Positions 27,201-39,871 of a stretch of DNA of 64,000 nucleotides are shown here, one piece after another (the stretch's first letter is position 1; each line of letters opens with the position of its first letter). Below the pieces are notes generated by a model. The model had not been told where the DNA came from. It made no database searches and was given only the letters and a program-made list of their open reading frames with translations. The DNA is from Octopus vulgaris (lineage: Eukaryota): the NCBI GenBank assembly GCA_951406725.2, contig OX597814.1, positions 56,854,001 through 56,918,000 on the forward strand. Reading direction: 5' to 3'. A program made the position numbers and the translations under genes.

Positions 27201-27874
27201 TTAGAGAGAAGAAAAAGAGCAACTCACATAATTTTTTTTTATCAGGACTTTCAAGACTAGTGGAAAATAGAGAGTAGAAGTTATCATCCAACCGAAGATT
27301 TGAGCGAAATACTTAAAACAGAGTGAATTAAAGGCACCTAAATGCCAGATGGCAGTGTTAAACCGAGTGACGTATTATATTACCCAAGTATGGAAACAGT
27401 TCAATTGACGGGCCTCCTCACAATTTCCGTTTGCCAAATTTCACTCACTAGACTTTGGTTGACCGGAGTCTACGATAGAAGGTCCTTGCCTAGCCCAAAG
27501 TGCTTTGCAGGGGGATTGAAGCTGACTTCTTAACCATACAGCAATTCCTGTTTAGTTACGCAGTTAGCGTTGCTTCACTGTCAAAACACACTTCTAAATC
27601 AGTACTTTTTAAACAGTTCAGCAGCTCTCCTCCCAAAGGCTTTATGAGCTCATAAAGGGTTAGAAAATGCCAAGGATACTGGATGTTTAGAGCGGTCATA
27701 ATTGTATTTTCTTGATTTTGGAAATTAAATATCTAAAGTAAATACAATACTTACATTTTGAACACCTTTAAAAATATTTATCTGGATTAAAATGTTTGGA
27801 AAATCTGTTATCAGTCAGTAGAGGCATGACTGATGATGTACCAATGTCCAATTTCATTACATAAGCCTTCAAAA

Positions 27875-28080
27875 GCAGCGATCTGGCAGAATCGTTAGCA
27901 CGCCCGGTAAAATGCTTAGCGGCATTTCGTCCGACTTTACGTCCTGAGTTCAAATTCCGCCGAGGTCGACTTTGCCTTCCATCCTTTTGAGATCATGAAA
28001 TAAGTGCCAACTGAACATTGGGGTCGATGTAATCGATAATTCCCCTCCCCCCAAATTTCAAGCCTTTAGTAGAAAGGATT
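27875..28080 (+). mobile_element. tRNA-derived SINE
   Basis: GGCAGAATCGTTAGCACGCC..GAGTTCAAATTCCGCCGAGGTCGAC, same family as 4148-4370. Confidence 0.88.
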
Positions 28081-28454
28081 ATACAAGCTTTCATGGAAAG
28101 GAGCTGCCAGAATGCTTAGCACATCGGACAAAATTTATTCATCGAATAATACAGAACACGTCTAAATATGCACGCACAACCAACTTTGATCTCTATACAT
28201 ATTTTAATTCACGATTACATACCCATAACTGTACGTATTCCTCCCCACTACTTTAGTTTTTGAATTTTTGTGTATATATACATTCCCCCGACCTACAGAA
28301 AGATGAAGAATTATCTCTTCTGTCCACAATAATAACGATAACCAATTACTTCCCCTTAGATTTTTCTACTTGTTGAATCAGTCATTCATAAACTCCATAC
28401 ACAACATGAACAAAAAATATTTGTTAAGAAAATATGTATTTAAATAAATTTTAA

Positions 28455-28487
28455 TGTCATGATTAGCGAATGCGAAACCGGTCGACA
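28455..28487 (+). ncRNA. Degenerate minimal type I hammerhead (Penelope-type relic)
   Basis: TGTC-aTGATtA-GC-gaat-GC-GAAA-CCGG-TC-GACA. Stems I and II and the palindromic stem III are present, but CUGAUGA carries two substitutions. Confidence 0.55.
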
Positions 28488-28722
28488 AACACAATATAAG
28501 ATATATTAAAAACTATATTAAAACTATGTAAAGTGTGTGCATTTTCCTTCTTTAATTTCTTATATATATATTACAACTCACCACGTGGGGATAATCGAAA
28601 TTCTTCCCTTTCTGTTATATATATATATATATATATATGATATATTAATAAATAAAACATATGCATATATATGTACATATATGTACGTACCAACCTTTAC
28701 ATGTATATATACACGCATATAT

Positions 28723-29400
28723 GAGTACAGGACACCAAAAAAACGTCGAACACAATGAGAAACGAAAACATAGACACAAACACAAGGAACTGGACATTTT
28801 TTTTAAACAAAAAAAAAGAGTACAGGACAAATAACACAAGGAAAACCCCCTTCTTCAGTCGCCATGGTTTCATCTACTCTACGTTTCGAAGGTGAAGGCG
28901 AGACGTATCTTCTATAAGAAACTTTCCTTCCTGCGAAAAGCAAATCAAATAAAATTTGAGATCTTTTTGCAGAGGCGTAAAATGGTAACAAAACCAGGAC
29001 AGTAACGACAGTACAAAATATAAGCAGTAAAAGACAGGACAAGGAAAATAACAAGACAAGAAGGGCTGTTAACGCCGAACGAAAAAAAGTATTACGAACG
29101 CTAAATTCTGTGAACGGCGAACGGAGCAAAGAGAATTGCCGTCCACACCTCAAGAAGGTACAGGCTAGAAAGACAGTAGCGGAGCTCTCGTCGCGGGTCA
29201 ACGATGGGAGGGAGGAGGAGGAGCAAGAGAAAGGGAGAGAAGAAAGGGGAATGGTTGTGAGGAAACCATGAAGAATGAGAGAGAGGGAGAGACAGTTAAG
29301 TAGAAGAAAAGGAAGTCAAAGAATGAGGGCTGAGAAAGGGATGGGACAGAAAGGTTAAGAGTGCGCATCAAAATTAATATCAAGAACAATCTTACTTAGA
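28723..29400 (-). mobile_element. Non-coding repeat carrying a rearranged hammerhead (probably retroelement-derived; related to 57770-58360)
   Basis: Shares terminal motifs (A)CAGGACA..AACG and GTAC(A/G)GGACAAA with 57790-57860; flanked by (TA/CA) and (GT)n tracts; purine-rich tract at the other end. Confidence 0.55.
28846..28907 (-). ncRNA. Hammerhead ribozyme with non-circularly permuted strand order (copy 1)
   Basis: Minus strand: UACGUC^UCGCC-uucaCCUUC-GAAACGUA-gaguagaugaaaccau-GGCGA-CUGAAGA-AGGGG. Stem III UACGU/ACGUA, stem I UCGCC/GGCGA, GUC site. Confidence 0.75.
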
Positions 29401-29409
29401 AAGGGATGC

Positions 29410-29440
<31 letters not shown>

Positions 29441-30404
29441 TGTGTGTGTATGTGTGTGTGTGTGTATATATTGGATAATAAAACGAATGGTTTACACCTG
29501 GTAGCTTACTGGTAAAGCACAGTTACTTTCACAGTGATCGTTGTGTATATGGCACATGAAAGACAGAAGATGAAATATACGAGAATTGTTTCGACACATC
29601 TAGCATCGATCCCTCATGGTTGGGACACTCAACGACTCGTTCAGGAGCATCCAGCGGTGCAGATGTATCTCGACAGGTGATAAATAGATACAATTCGTTA
29701 AAATAACAGTTCCGCAATGTAACTTCTCGTTGTGTAGAAAGGAAAACAGCCAGACGGAGCCAGACGGAGGAAGTATCTTCATTTATGTAGCAGATCAATA
29801 ATAAAATCACAGATGGGAATGAATCGAACACGCAATACGTAACTATTTTAAAACTATTTTAAAACAAGGAGGAAGGGAGAATTATATATATATACATATA
29901 TTTAAGGTGACACGAATATATAGGAGTGTCGTAGGTACATGGACATACATACATGCATACATACATACATATGTACATGCGTATTTATATACATATATGT
30001 GTGCGTATGTACATATACATATATATATATATGTGTGTGTGTAGCGTGTGTATATGTATGCACACACACGCACAAACACATATATATGCATATGTGTATG
30101 TATGCATGTATATATATATATATATATATATATATGCATGTATGTATGAATGTCTGAATACTCACAACACTCCTATATTCCTTGCGCCTCTTAGTTATTG
30201 TCCTTCAGCGATTGTTTAACTCACGACTGTCTCTCCATATGCACCCCCGCATTTCCGCCCAAACCACACATATATGCACTTCTCTCGTCACACTAGCAAC
30301 TGACCTCCTATTAGCACGTTTTTCGCATATAATCTCCTCTCTCCCTTATTTTCCTCCTCTTATCTCTCCGCTCTCACATTCTTTAAGCTCATATAGGTGC
30401 TACA

Positions 30405-30452
<48 letters not shown>

Positions 30453-30453
30453 T

Positions 30454-31071
30454 AGCCAGTCCTGGCTAAGAAGGAATATATTCACAGACATGACAGAGTT
30501 GGAACTTACATACATTGGAAGCTATGCCAACATTATGGAATAACAACAGAAAAAAGATGGTATAGGCACACACCAGAAAAGGTCACAGAAAACGAGAAAG
30601 CAACCATACTCTGGGATATGCCGATACACACAGATAGAGAAATTAAGGCCAACAGACCAGATATAGTTGTCAGAGACCATGAAGAAAAAAAATGCTTTCT
30701 AATTGATGTATCAGTACCGGCAGATGACAACGTGTCTCTAAAAGAAATGGAGAAACTCTCAAAATACAAAGACCTGGAAATAGAGGTAACTAGAATGTGG
30801 AATCTGAAAACAGAAACAATTCCTATCATAGTAGGTGCATTAGGCATGATAAAAAAATATTCAGACAAATACATAACAAAAACACCAGGACTTACAAACA
30901 CATATAACATACAGAAAATTGCACTACTAGGCACTGCACACATCCTACGCAGAACACTTTCCATACAATAACCATCAGAGCATCACAACAAATCACAGCA
31001 CATACCCAAGGCACACAGAGCTGCGCTCGGTAGTGAAGTGAAAGCACGCTATAAAAATAAAAATAAAACTA

Positions 31072-31075
<4 letters not shown>
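30454..31075 (+). mobile_element. R4/Dong non-LTR retrotransposon, 5'-truncated (unit A; RLE and 3' UTR)
   Basis: RHD..ANRPDIVV..LIDVSVP..EKLSKYKDL RLE motifs; flanked by (AAT)n. Confidence 0.92.
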
Positions 31076-31102
<27 letters not shown>

Positions 31103-31108
<6 letters not shown>

Positions 31109-34100
31109 TGAATGATAGGGAACCACTCCATAAACTCTCAAATGCACACCAACATAAAACACAAATAAAAATTGGCAACTGAGTTACACAAGAAATCATA
31201 CACCAACTAAAACCCGATCTTAATAAATTAAATAAAATTATTTACTCTGTCGCTAAGGTAATCGAAAAGCGCTGTTTAACACCCAAAAGCCAACAATACC
31301 AAATTCGAAAAGAAAATCAATCTGGAGGAGTAGAGTTGAAACTGAAATTGAATCATTGCGAAGGGAGATATCAATATTAACTGAGCTAATCTCTGGAAAT
31401 GATGTAAGATCAAGAAAAAGCAGGAAGATTGTGAAAAAATATGGACACTCAACAAGAGAAGAACTAATGTCAGCGAAAGAAACGCTTAAACAAAAAGTTC
31501 AAGCAAAAGCTCAGAGAATACGCAGATTTGAGAAAAGAATCAAATTCCACAAACAAAATAAGATGTTCAAATCCAATGCCATATCATTTTACAGGGAAAT
31601 AGGGAGAGAAAAAATAACCATTGAAAAAATCCATCCCTAATGGAAGAAGTTGAAAACTTTTGAAAGGGGATCTGGAGTGATGAGAAACCATACAATGAAA
31701 ATGCAGAGTGGATCAAACGCACCCAAGATGACTGCAAAAATCTACAAGAACAGGTATGGGAAGACATCTCAATCGCCGACCTAAGGAGGGTACTAACGAA
31801 GGCTCATAAGTGGAAATCCCCTGGTATTGATAGAGTACCAAATTTCTGGCTCTCATCACTCTCGTCCGCACACAAAATGTTAGTAATACTATTTAATAGT
31901 ATTATGAAAGACCCGAAAAAAACGCCTCATTGGATGGCAAATGGTATTACTTAACTCCTCCCCAGAAATAACAAAACGAAAGAACCAAAAAACTACCGGC
32001 CTATAACATGTTTATCTACTACCTATAAGATTTTGACATCTATTCTAACAGAGAAAACATACGTTTATGGAAGAGAATAACCTCTTTCCCTCTGAACAAA
32101 AAGGATGCAAGCGAGGCTCATACGGATGCAAAGATCAGCTCCTAATCAATCGCATGATCCTTGAGAATTGCCATAACAAGCGCAGAAATCTCAGCTCTTC
32201 ATGGATTGATTATAAAAAAGCCTTTGACAGTATACCGCATTCGTGGATTCTGAAATCGCTGGACATTTTCAAAATTTCTCCTGTGATTTCAGATTTTGTA
32301 AAGTATAATATGTCACTATGGAACACGAAGCTCCAATTTTTATCATTCTAATGGAGTATTGCGCTTAAACAACATTAGCATAAACTGTGGAATTTTCCAA
32401 GGTGACTCACTTTCACCACTAATTTTCTGAATAGCACTAATACCACTCTCAAGTGAACTGAATAGAACAGGATATGGCTGCAAAATTGACAACAGGAAAA
32501 TAAGCCATCTATTTTATATGGATGATTTAAAGCTATATGGCAAAAATGCTGAAGAGCTTGAAGGATTATTACATACCGTGAAAGGATTCAGTGATGATAT
32601 CGGGATGGAGTTTGGCCTTGAAAACTGTGCTAAAGCCACTTTTAAGAAAGCGAAATTGTTAAAGTCTAATTCAATCGAATTAGATGTCGAAACAGTAATA
32701 AAGGAACTTGAGCAGGAACAAACCTATAAATACCTAGGAATAAATGAAGGCGCTGGTATCCAGTATGCAAGCATGAAAGAGAAGGCTAGGAAGGAATGTT
32801 ATAGAAGAGTTCGAGTAGTCCTGAAGTCTGAGCTGAATGCATACAATAAGGTATTAGCCATAAATTCCTTAGCAGTACCAGTTATTCTTTATAGCTTCAA
32901 TGTGCTTAACTGGAATACCAGTGAAATAATGAAAATTGACAGAAAAATCCGCAAGCTGCTGACTTGTAATAAGATGCACCATCCAAAGGCAGACATGGAT
33001 CGTCTTTACCTTCCCAGAGCTCAGGGAGGTCGAGGTTTGATCCAGCTTGAACTTACATACAAAACCACCACAATCGGACTGGCCAAATACCTTGAAACAA
33101 CAAACGATTGGATGCTAAAACCTGTTGAAAACCATGAAAGACTGAAAAGGCTTCACTCTATTCTCAAAGAGAGCAAAAAAATTCGCTGCTGATCTCTTAG
33201 ATACCCACCAGATTGATCAGGCTGAAGGAAATGCGCCAACTGCAGCCGCAAAGAAAGTAAAATTAATTGCAAAGACAAAAGCACATGAAAATTTAGCTAG
33301 CAGATGGGAACAGAAACCTCTCCATGGCAAGTCTGTGGCTCGTAGCAAACAAGCTGATGTCGACCAGAAACACACGCACCAATGGTTACGAAGCTCAGGG
33401 CTAAAACCAGAGAGTGAAGGTTTCATATTAGCTGCTCAAGACCAAAGCTTATTAACCCGGAACTACCAAGCCAATGTGATAAAAAATGGAGCTGACCCAA
33501 AATGCCGATTCTGTAACGATGAGATTGAAACAATAGACCACCTAATCTCTGGGTTTAGAGTCTTAGCACCTGCAGAATATAAAGCAAGACAACAGAGTCG
33601 GCCAGTATTTACATTGGACAATATGTCGGTATTATAAAATCAAAACCGCTGACAAATGGTATAAATACCATCCTGAAGCTGTGACTGAGGCAGAAAATAT
33701 GTCGATTCTATGGGATTTCCCCGTACAGACCGACAAGACTATAAAAGCTAATAAACCGGATATTATTATAAAAGATCAGACCAAAAAGATGTGTTTATTA
33801 ATTGACATGAGTATCCCTTGCGATCATAATATAGCGGCGAAAGAATTTGACAAGATTAGTAAATATAAAGATCTGCTAATAGAAATTGAAAAAAGGTGGC
33901 ATTTCAAGGCGACTACAGTACCAGTGATTGTAGGATCTCTAGGAATGATAAAAAAAGGTACTGAAACCTATTTGAAAATGATTCCAGGCTTACCATCCCT
34001 ACAGGAAGTGCAAAAATCGTATTAACTGGAACGGTTCATGTACTGAGAAGAGCATTATCGCTGTGAAAACAACATCCATCCATGAATTTATTTATTTATT

Positions 34101-34235
34101 AATTTTTAAATACATATTTTATCTGTGAATTTGCGTATGTAATCTGGGAATGCATACAATGAGCTTCTCTGCCCTAGGTGTATGGAAAACACTCGGCGAG
34201 AAACGGAAGAAAATTTAAAGAAAGAAGGAAAAAAC

Positions 34236-34236
<1 letters not shown>
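31103..34236 (+). mobile_element. R4/Dong retrotransposon (unit B; RT, CCHC and RLE, frameshifted)
   Basis: WIDYKKAFDSIPH, GIFQGDSLSP, YMDDLKLY, CRFC..ETIDHLISG and NKPDIII; followed by (AAT)n. Confidence 0.95.
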
Positions 34237-34285
<49 letters not shown>

Positions 34286-34289
<4 letters not shown>

Positions 34290-36197
34290 TCTTTTATTGA
34301 GTCCTAACAAGGACAACTGAGGAACTCAACATATTCTGGTTATCCCGACCGCCAGATGCACCTCAGCAGGCGCCTCGCTCCTTCTCAAACTCATCCGGTT
34401 TACAATCGGAAGTTCAGAGTAGGCCCACTCACACAGACCATCCTCACCACATTCGCCCACCTTTTAACAAATTTACTGAGGACAGAACTTTCGTCTCTAC
34501 TCTCACTTTCCTTTTCAGGTGGAACTCGAAAACGTCGATGATGTCTTAGCCGAAGAGGAAAGTATCTGTATTCATTTCTTTCAATCTCGTCTACCATACA
34601 ACTTCCTTCTCCATAGCCACCAGACAGAGGAAAACTGCCCTTCCTTCCCTGCCAAAGGAAGCGGTGGGGCGATCCTCACGATGGAATCGGCTGATAACTG
34701 GATCCGTCCTACACGCAGTAACAGTTGTTTGGCAAAGCTCCATAATTCAGTAACGCACGTACAATGGACGAGTGCATGCAGGACGGTTTCGTCGCCCTAT
34801 GCACACCTCGGACAGGTCTGTCTGACAACACTTCCGTGTCTGTAAAGCTTGTCTCGCACCTGCAGAGCTCCCTGGTAGCTCTGCTAGGTCAGGAATTTCT
34901 GTAAGTTATGCATAGGCCACGGCCTGAAACGAGCTGAGACGAGCTGCGAAAACACTGGAGATGTCGCAGCCTCAGCGCGTGTCTGCGCATCATTAGCCAC
35001 GGCATGCCCAATCCGCCACTCAGAGGTTGTTGATAGCTGATAAACTGGCTAGCGAGCGGAACATGTCCCTTCCACAGAAAGCGGAAAAGCAAACGCTCCA
35101 GCTTGATCAGCTATAAAGCAGGCCAAGGGACGACGGTCATGCAGGAGTAGATGACGGAAGCGATTTACGCATTCGCCACCTCCGCCCAACCATTCACGGG
35201 TAGCTTCCTCTCGGACCATTTCTGGATGAAATTGGATACCCTGCTCGTCGCCTACCCTTAATTCTTGTCTACCTGGAGGTCCGGACCAAACCAGACCCCG
35301 AACAATTTAACCGGCCCTTCCGTCCAGCGCCTTGCTACACTGTCGGCTGGCTAGGACCTGCCTCTCCAGGTGCCGAGCTGCAGGCCCACCTGTCTTGATT
35401 AATATTTGTTTCTGTCACCGATTCGTTCTCCCTTAATGTAGTGCTGATCACCTCGATTTCCGAGCTGTCCGACACATTTACGGTGACGTCGTCCTTATAT
35501 GCCGACACGAACCATCCGCATCTTAGATCACGCGGGACGCCCCTCGAAATATCGAACTTCTTTAATAATGGTTCGAGAGCCGGCATGTACAGAAGGGAAG
35601 AGAGCGGGCATCATTGACGGACTGAACGAGCGATGCTAAACGATTCCGATAGTGGCCGTTTACTTTGACCACCGAACACATGTCACTGTACATTGCAGCG
35701 ATCCAGCTTCTTAAAACGGTACCGAAACCGGGCGACGCGAGGACAGCCTCCAAGTATTGATGATCGGCCCTGTCAAAACCTTTCGAATTATCCAAATTGA
35801 TCAGGGCTCCACCCATGCCAGGTTCCTTCCTTACCCTCTCTATGATGTAGCGCGTGAGGTGGAGGTTGTTGTGAATAGATCTTTTAGGGATAGCGCATGT
35901 CTGAGCATCACCGACCAGCTTATCGACGACAGGCGCCAATCTCTTGGCTAACACCTTGGCCAAAATCTTATAACTTGTGTTCAGTAGAGTTATGGGCCTA
36001 AGATTATCTATTAGCTCCCCCTTGTTCGAGTCCTTTCTCAGCAGTACCACCACGCCACAGCTCATAGCACTGGGTATTCTCCCGTTCTGTTGCCAGCTTT
36101 GGTAGACATCCGTCAAGAGATCTCCGAAAAGATAAAGCTCGAAGAGCAGACCATCCAGTCCCGGAGAATTGTCCCATGTGCATCTCGTCATTGTGTC

Positions 36198-36198
<1 letters not shown>
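34286..36198 (-). mobile_element. Tx1-clade L1 retrotransposon, 5'-truncated and degenerate
   Basis: SPGLDGL, LRPITLLNTSYKILAK, LD..KGFDRADH, SAYKDD and LFRFLWKG..GGLGMP; (AAT)n on both sides. Confidence 0.9.
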
Positions 36199-36248
<50 letters not shown>

Positions 36249-37640
36249 TAGCTATAAATTCCTTAGCAGTTCCAGTTGTTACTTATAGCTACAATGTGTT
36301 GAACTGGAATATGAGTGAAGTAAAGAATATAGATAGGAAAATACGCAAGCTGCTGAGTTGTAATAGGATGCACCACCCAAAGGCAGACGTAGATCGCCTT
36401 TACCTTCCCAGAGCCCAAGGAGGTCGAGGCCTGATCCAATTTGAACTAGCTTACAAAACAACCACAATTGGACTGGCCAAATATCTCGAAATAACGAATG
36501 ACTGGATGCTAAAGCTCGTGGAAAATCACGAGAGACGAAAGAAGCTTCATTGTATCATAGAGGAAAGCAAAAAAATTTGCTATTGATCTCGTGCAGGATA
36601 CCCAAACTGAACAACCCGAGGGAAGTACGGCAACTATTGTTGCAAAGAAGGTGAAAATAATGGCAACGAAAAAAGCGCACGAGCAATTAGCTGATAGGTG
36701 GGAGGAGAAACCTCTGCACGGCAAATATGTGGCCCGCAGCAAACAAGCTGATGTTGACCAGAAGCAAACCCATCAGTGGCTACGGAGCTCAGGGCTAAAA
36801 GTAGAGAGCGAAGGTTTCATCCTGGCTGCTCAAGATCAAAGCCTATTAACCCGGAACTACCAGGCCAATGTGATGAAAAATGGAGCAGACCCAAAATGCC
36901 GATTCTGCAACGACATGATTGAAACAGTGGACCACCTAATCTCTGGATGTAAAGTCTTAGCACCAGTGGAGTATAAATTAAGACATGACAGAGTTGGCCA
37001 ATATCTACACTGGCTAATAAGTCGGCATTACAATATCAAAACTGCCGACAAGTGGTATAATCACCACCCTGAGGCTGTAACTGAAGGAGAAAATGTAACC
37101 ATTCTGTGGGACTTTCCAGTACATACAGACCGAACCATCAAGGCCAATAAACCAGATATTGTTGTGAAAGACCAAAAAAATAAAGTTTGCTTATTGATCG
37201 ACATGAGCATCCCCTGTGATCATAATATCTCAGCGAAAGAGTTTGACAAGCTCAGAAAATATAAAGACCTACTCACTGAAATTGAGAAAATGTGGCATCT
37301 CAATGCGGTTACAATACCAGTGATCGTAGGAGCACTAGGAGTGATCAAGAAGGGAACCGAAAATTATATGAGAATGATCCCTGGCTTACCACCCCTGCAA
37401 GAAGTGCAAAAGATTGTCTTAACTGGTACATCACACGTATTGAGAAGAGCATTGTCGATGTGAGAACTGTTGCTGCTCATGTATTTTAATTTAACTTTAA
37501 AAAAAAATAAATAAAAAAAATGAACGAACTATAGAGTTTGGTTTAATGGCCTACCAATGTATACTATGAGTTTCTTTGCACTAGGAGTCGGGAAGACACT
37601 CGGCAAGAAATGGAAGCAAATTTGAAAGAAGAAAAAAAAA
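36249..37640 (+). mobile_element. R4/Dong retrotransposon (unit C)
   Basis: HHPKADVDRLYLPR..GGRGL and a 290-aa ORF with CCHC and RLE; flanked by (AAT)n. Confidence 0.95.
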
Positions 37641-37707
<67 letters not shown>

Positions 37708-37719
37708 TAATAAATAAAT

Positions 37720-38842
37720 ACTAACCACGGCTCGAATGAACCACCCAAAGCGGACGTGAACAGGAGAGGACTAACTCAATTAGAATTATCTTACAAAACC
37801 ACCACTGTAGGATTAAATACTTATCTTGAGCTGTCAAAAGATCCTCTAATGAAGCTTGTGCACCAGCATGATAAAGTAAAGAAACTAAACTAGGTATACA
37901 AAGATTCTGTACAGTTTAAGAAACAACTGATGACGGAGGGACCTAGGATGAAGGCGAGTGAGAAAGTAACCCAGTTTGCTAAAAGAGTTAAGGAAGAGAT
38001 GAAAAAACAAGCCTAGAAGAAGAGCAAAGAAGAATGGCTAGAAAAACTGATGCATGGCCGATAGCCATGTAGAGTGAACAAACCAGATGTAGAGAAAAGA
38101 GACACTCATGTATGGATGAAGAGCTCAGGACTGAAGGCTGAAACCGAAGGTTTTATCATAGCAGCACAAGATCAAAGTTTGGCAACCAGGGCTTACCACA
38201 ACAAAATAATGAACGATGACACTGATCCAAAATGCAAAATGTGTCATGAGCAGGATGAAACAGTGGAACACATCTTAACTGGATGTACAGCGCTTGCAAA
38301 AACCGAATATATTCATAGACACGATAGAGTAGCGCAATATATGCATTGGAAGATATGTAAATACTACCAGCTTCCAACTTCAGAAAGATGGTACCAGCAT
38401 AAACCTGAAACTGTGACTGGAAAAGACGATGTAACAGTACTCTGGGACATGGCGATCAACACCGATAAAGAAATCAAGGGAAGCAGGCCGGACATAATCA
38501 TTAAAGATGAGAAGAATAAGAGATGCTAAATGATAGATGTGACAGTACCATCAGAGAGAAATGTGTCCATTAAAGAAGTTGAGAAGTTATTTAAGTACAA
38601 AGACCTAGAAATAGAAGTGACCAGTGATGATTGGAGCGTTAGGGCTAATTAAAAAGGGCCTTCATAAGCAGCTCAACAAATTCCCTTGTAGTATTAATGC
38701 GAGACAACTTCAGAAATAGTGTTGCTAGGTTCTGCACACATTTTACGCCGTGTACTCTCCGTGAGATGAGGACCTGCTGTGACCCTAGGGTCAAGGGATG
38801 ACCCCGATTCAGCAGAGGACAATGGACCATATTTTATTTTAA
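37720..38842 (+). mobile_element. R4/Dong retrotransposon (unit D, distinct subfamily)
   Basis: ETEGFIIAAQDQ, CKMC..VEHIL.GC, RHD and SRPDIII; distinct 3' UTR. Confidence 0.92.
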
Positions 38843-38880
<38 letters not shown>

Positions 38881-38990
38881 CAATAATAATAATAATAGTA
38901 ATGATAATAGTAGTAGTAGTAGCAGCAGTAGTGGTAGTAGTAGTAGTAGCAGCAGTAGTAGTAGTAGTAGTGGTGGTGGTGGTGGTGGTG

Positions 38991-39053
<63 letters not shown>

Positions 39054-39122
39054 ATAATAATAATAATAATAATAATTATAATAATAATAATAATAATAAT
39101 AATAACGATAATAATAATAATA
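38843..39122. repeat. Compound trinucleotide microsatellite (AAT/AGT/AGC/GGT)
   Basis: Direct sequence. Confidence 0.97.
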
Positions 39123-39392
39123 AGGATAACGCAATGGAAATTGGGATTAAAAAATGTGGTATGCTTATAATATAAAGAAGCAAAGTAGAGTCGTCTGAAG
39201 AGCTACCCAACAGGAAGAAAGTCAAAGGTATTGAGACTAATGGATATATCTGGGGATTTTAGAATGGGACAAAATCAAGAAAAATGAAATGAAGGAAAGT
39301 TTTAGGCGAGAATATCTCAGACGGCAGGCTGCTGTCGCTCTTACAGAGTCTACCAGAACAAACAAGACCGAATGTTCTGGGAAGTAAAACCA
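39123..39392 (+). mobile_element. Internally deleted R4/Dong fragment (unit E)
   Basis: MEIGIKKCGML and YLGILEWDKIKKNEMKESFRREYLRR fused to a short 3'-end-like segment, between (AAT)n tracts. Confidence 0.65.
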
Positions 39393-39448
<56 letters not shown>

Positions 39449-39479
39449 TAATCATAATAACAATAATAATAATAATAAT

Positions 39480-39599
<120 letters not shown>

Positions 39600-39811
39600 T
39601 CTTTTCTAGTGGAAGCACAAGGCCTCAAATTTGAGGGAATGGATTAAGTTGAAACATCGACCCCAGTGTGTAACTGATATTTATTTAATCTACCCCGAAA
39701 GGATGAAAGGGAAAGTCGACCTCGGCGGAATTTGAGCTCAGAACGTAGCGACGAGTGAAATACTGCTAAGCATTTCACCTGGCGCACTAACGATTCTGCC
39801 AGCTCGCCGCC

Positions 39812-39812
<1 letters not shown>
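39600..39812 (-). mobile_element. tRNA-derived SINE within (AAT)n
   Basis: Same family as 4148-4370. Confidence 0.9.

Positions 39813-39870
<58 letters not shown>

Positions 39871-39871
<1 letters not shown>

Noticed and set aside
29480-29880. Possible Penelope RT relic (SIPH-like peptide) next to the ribozyme-bearing repeat
   Set aside because: A single weak motif with no consistent frame.
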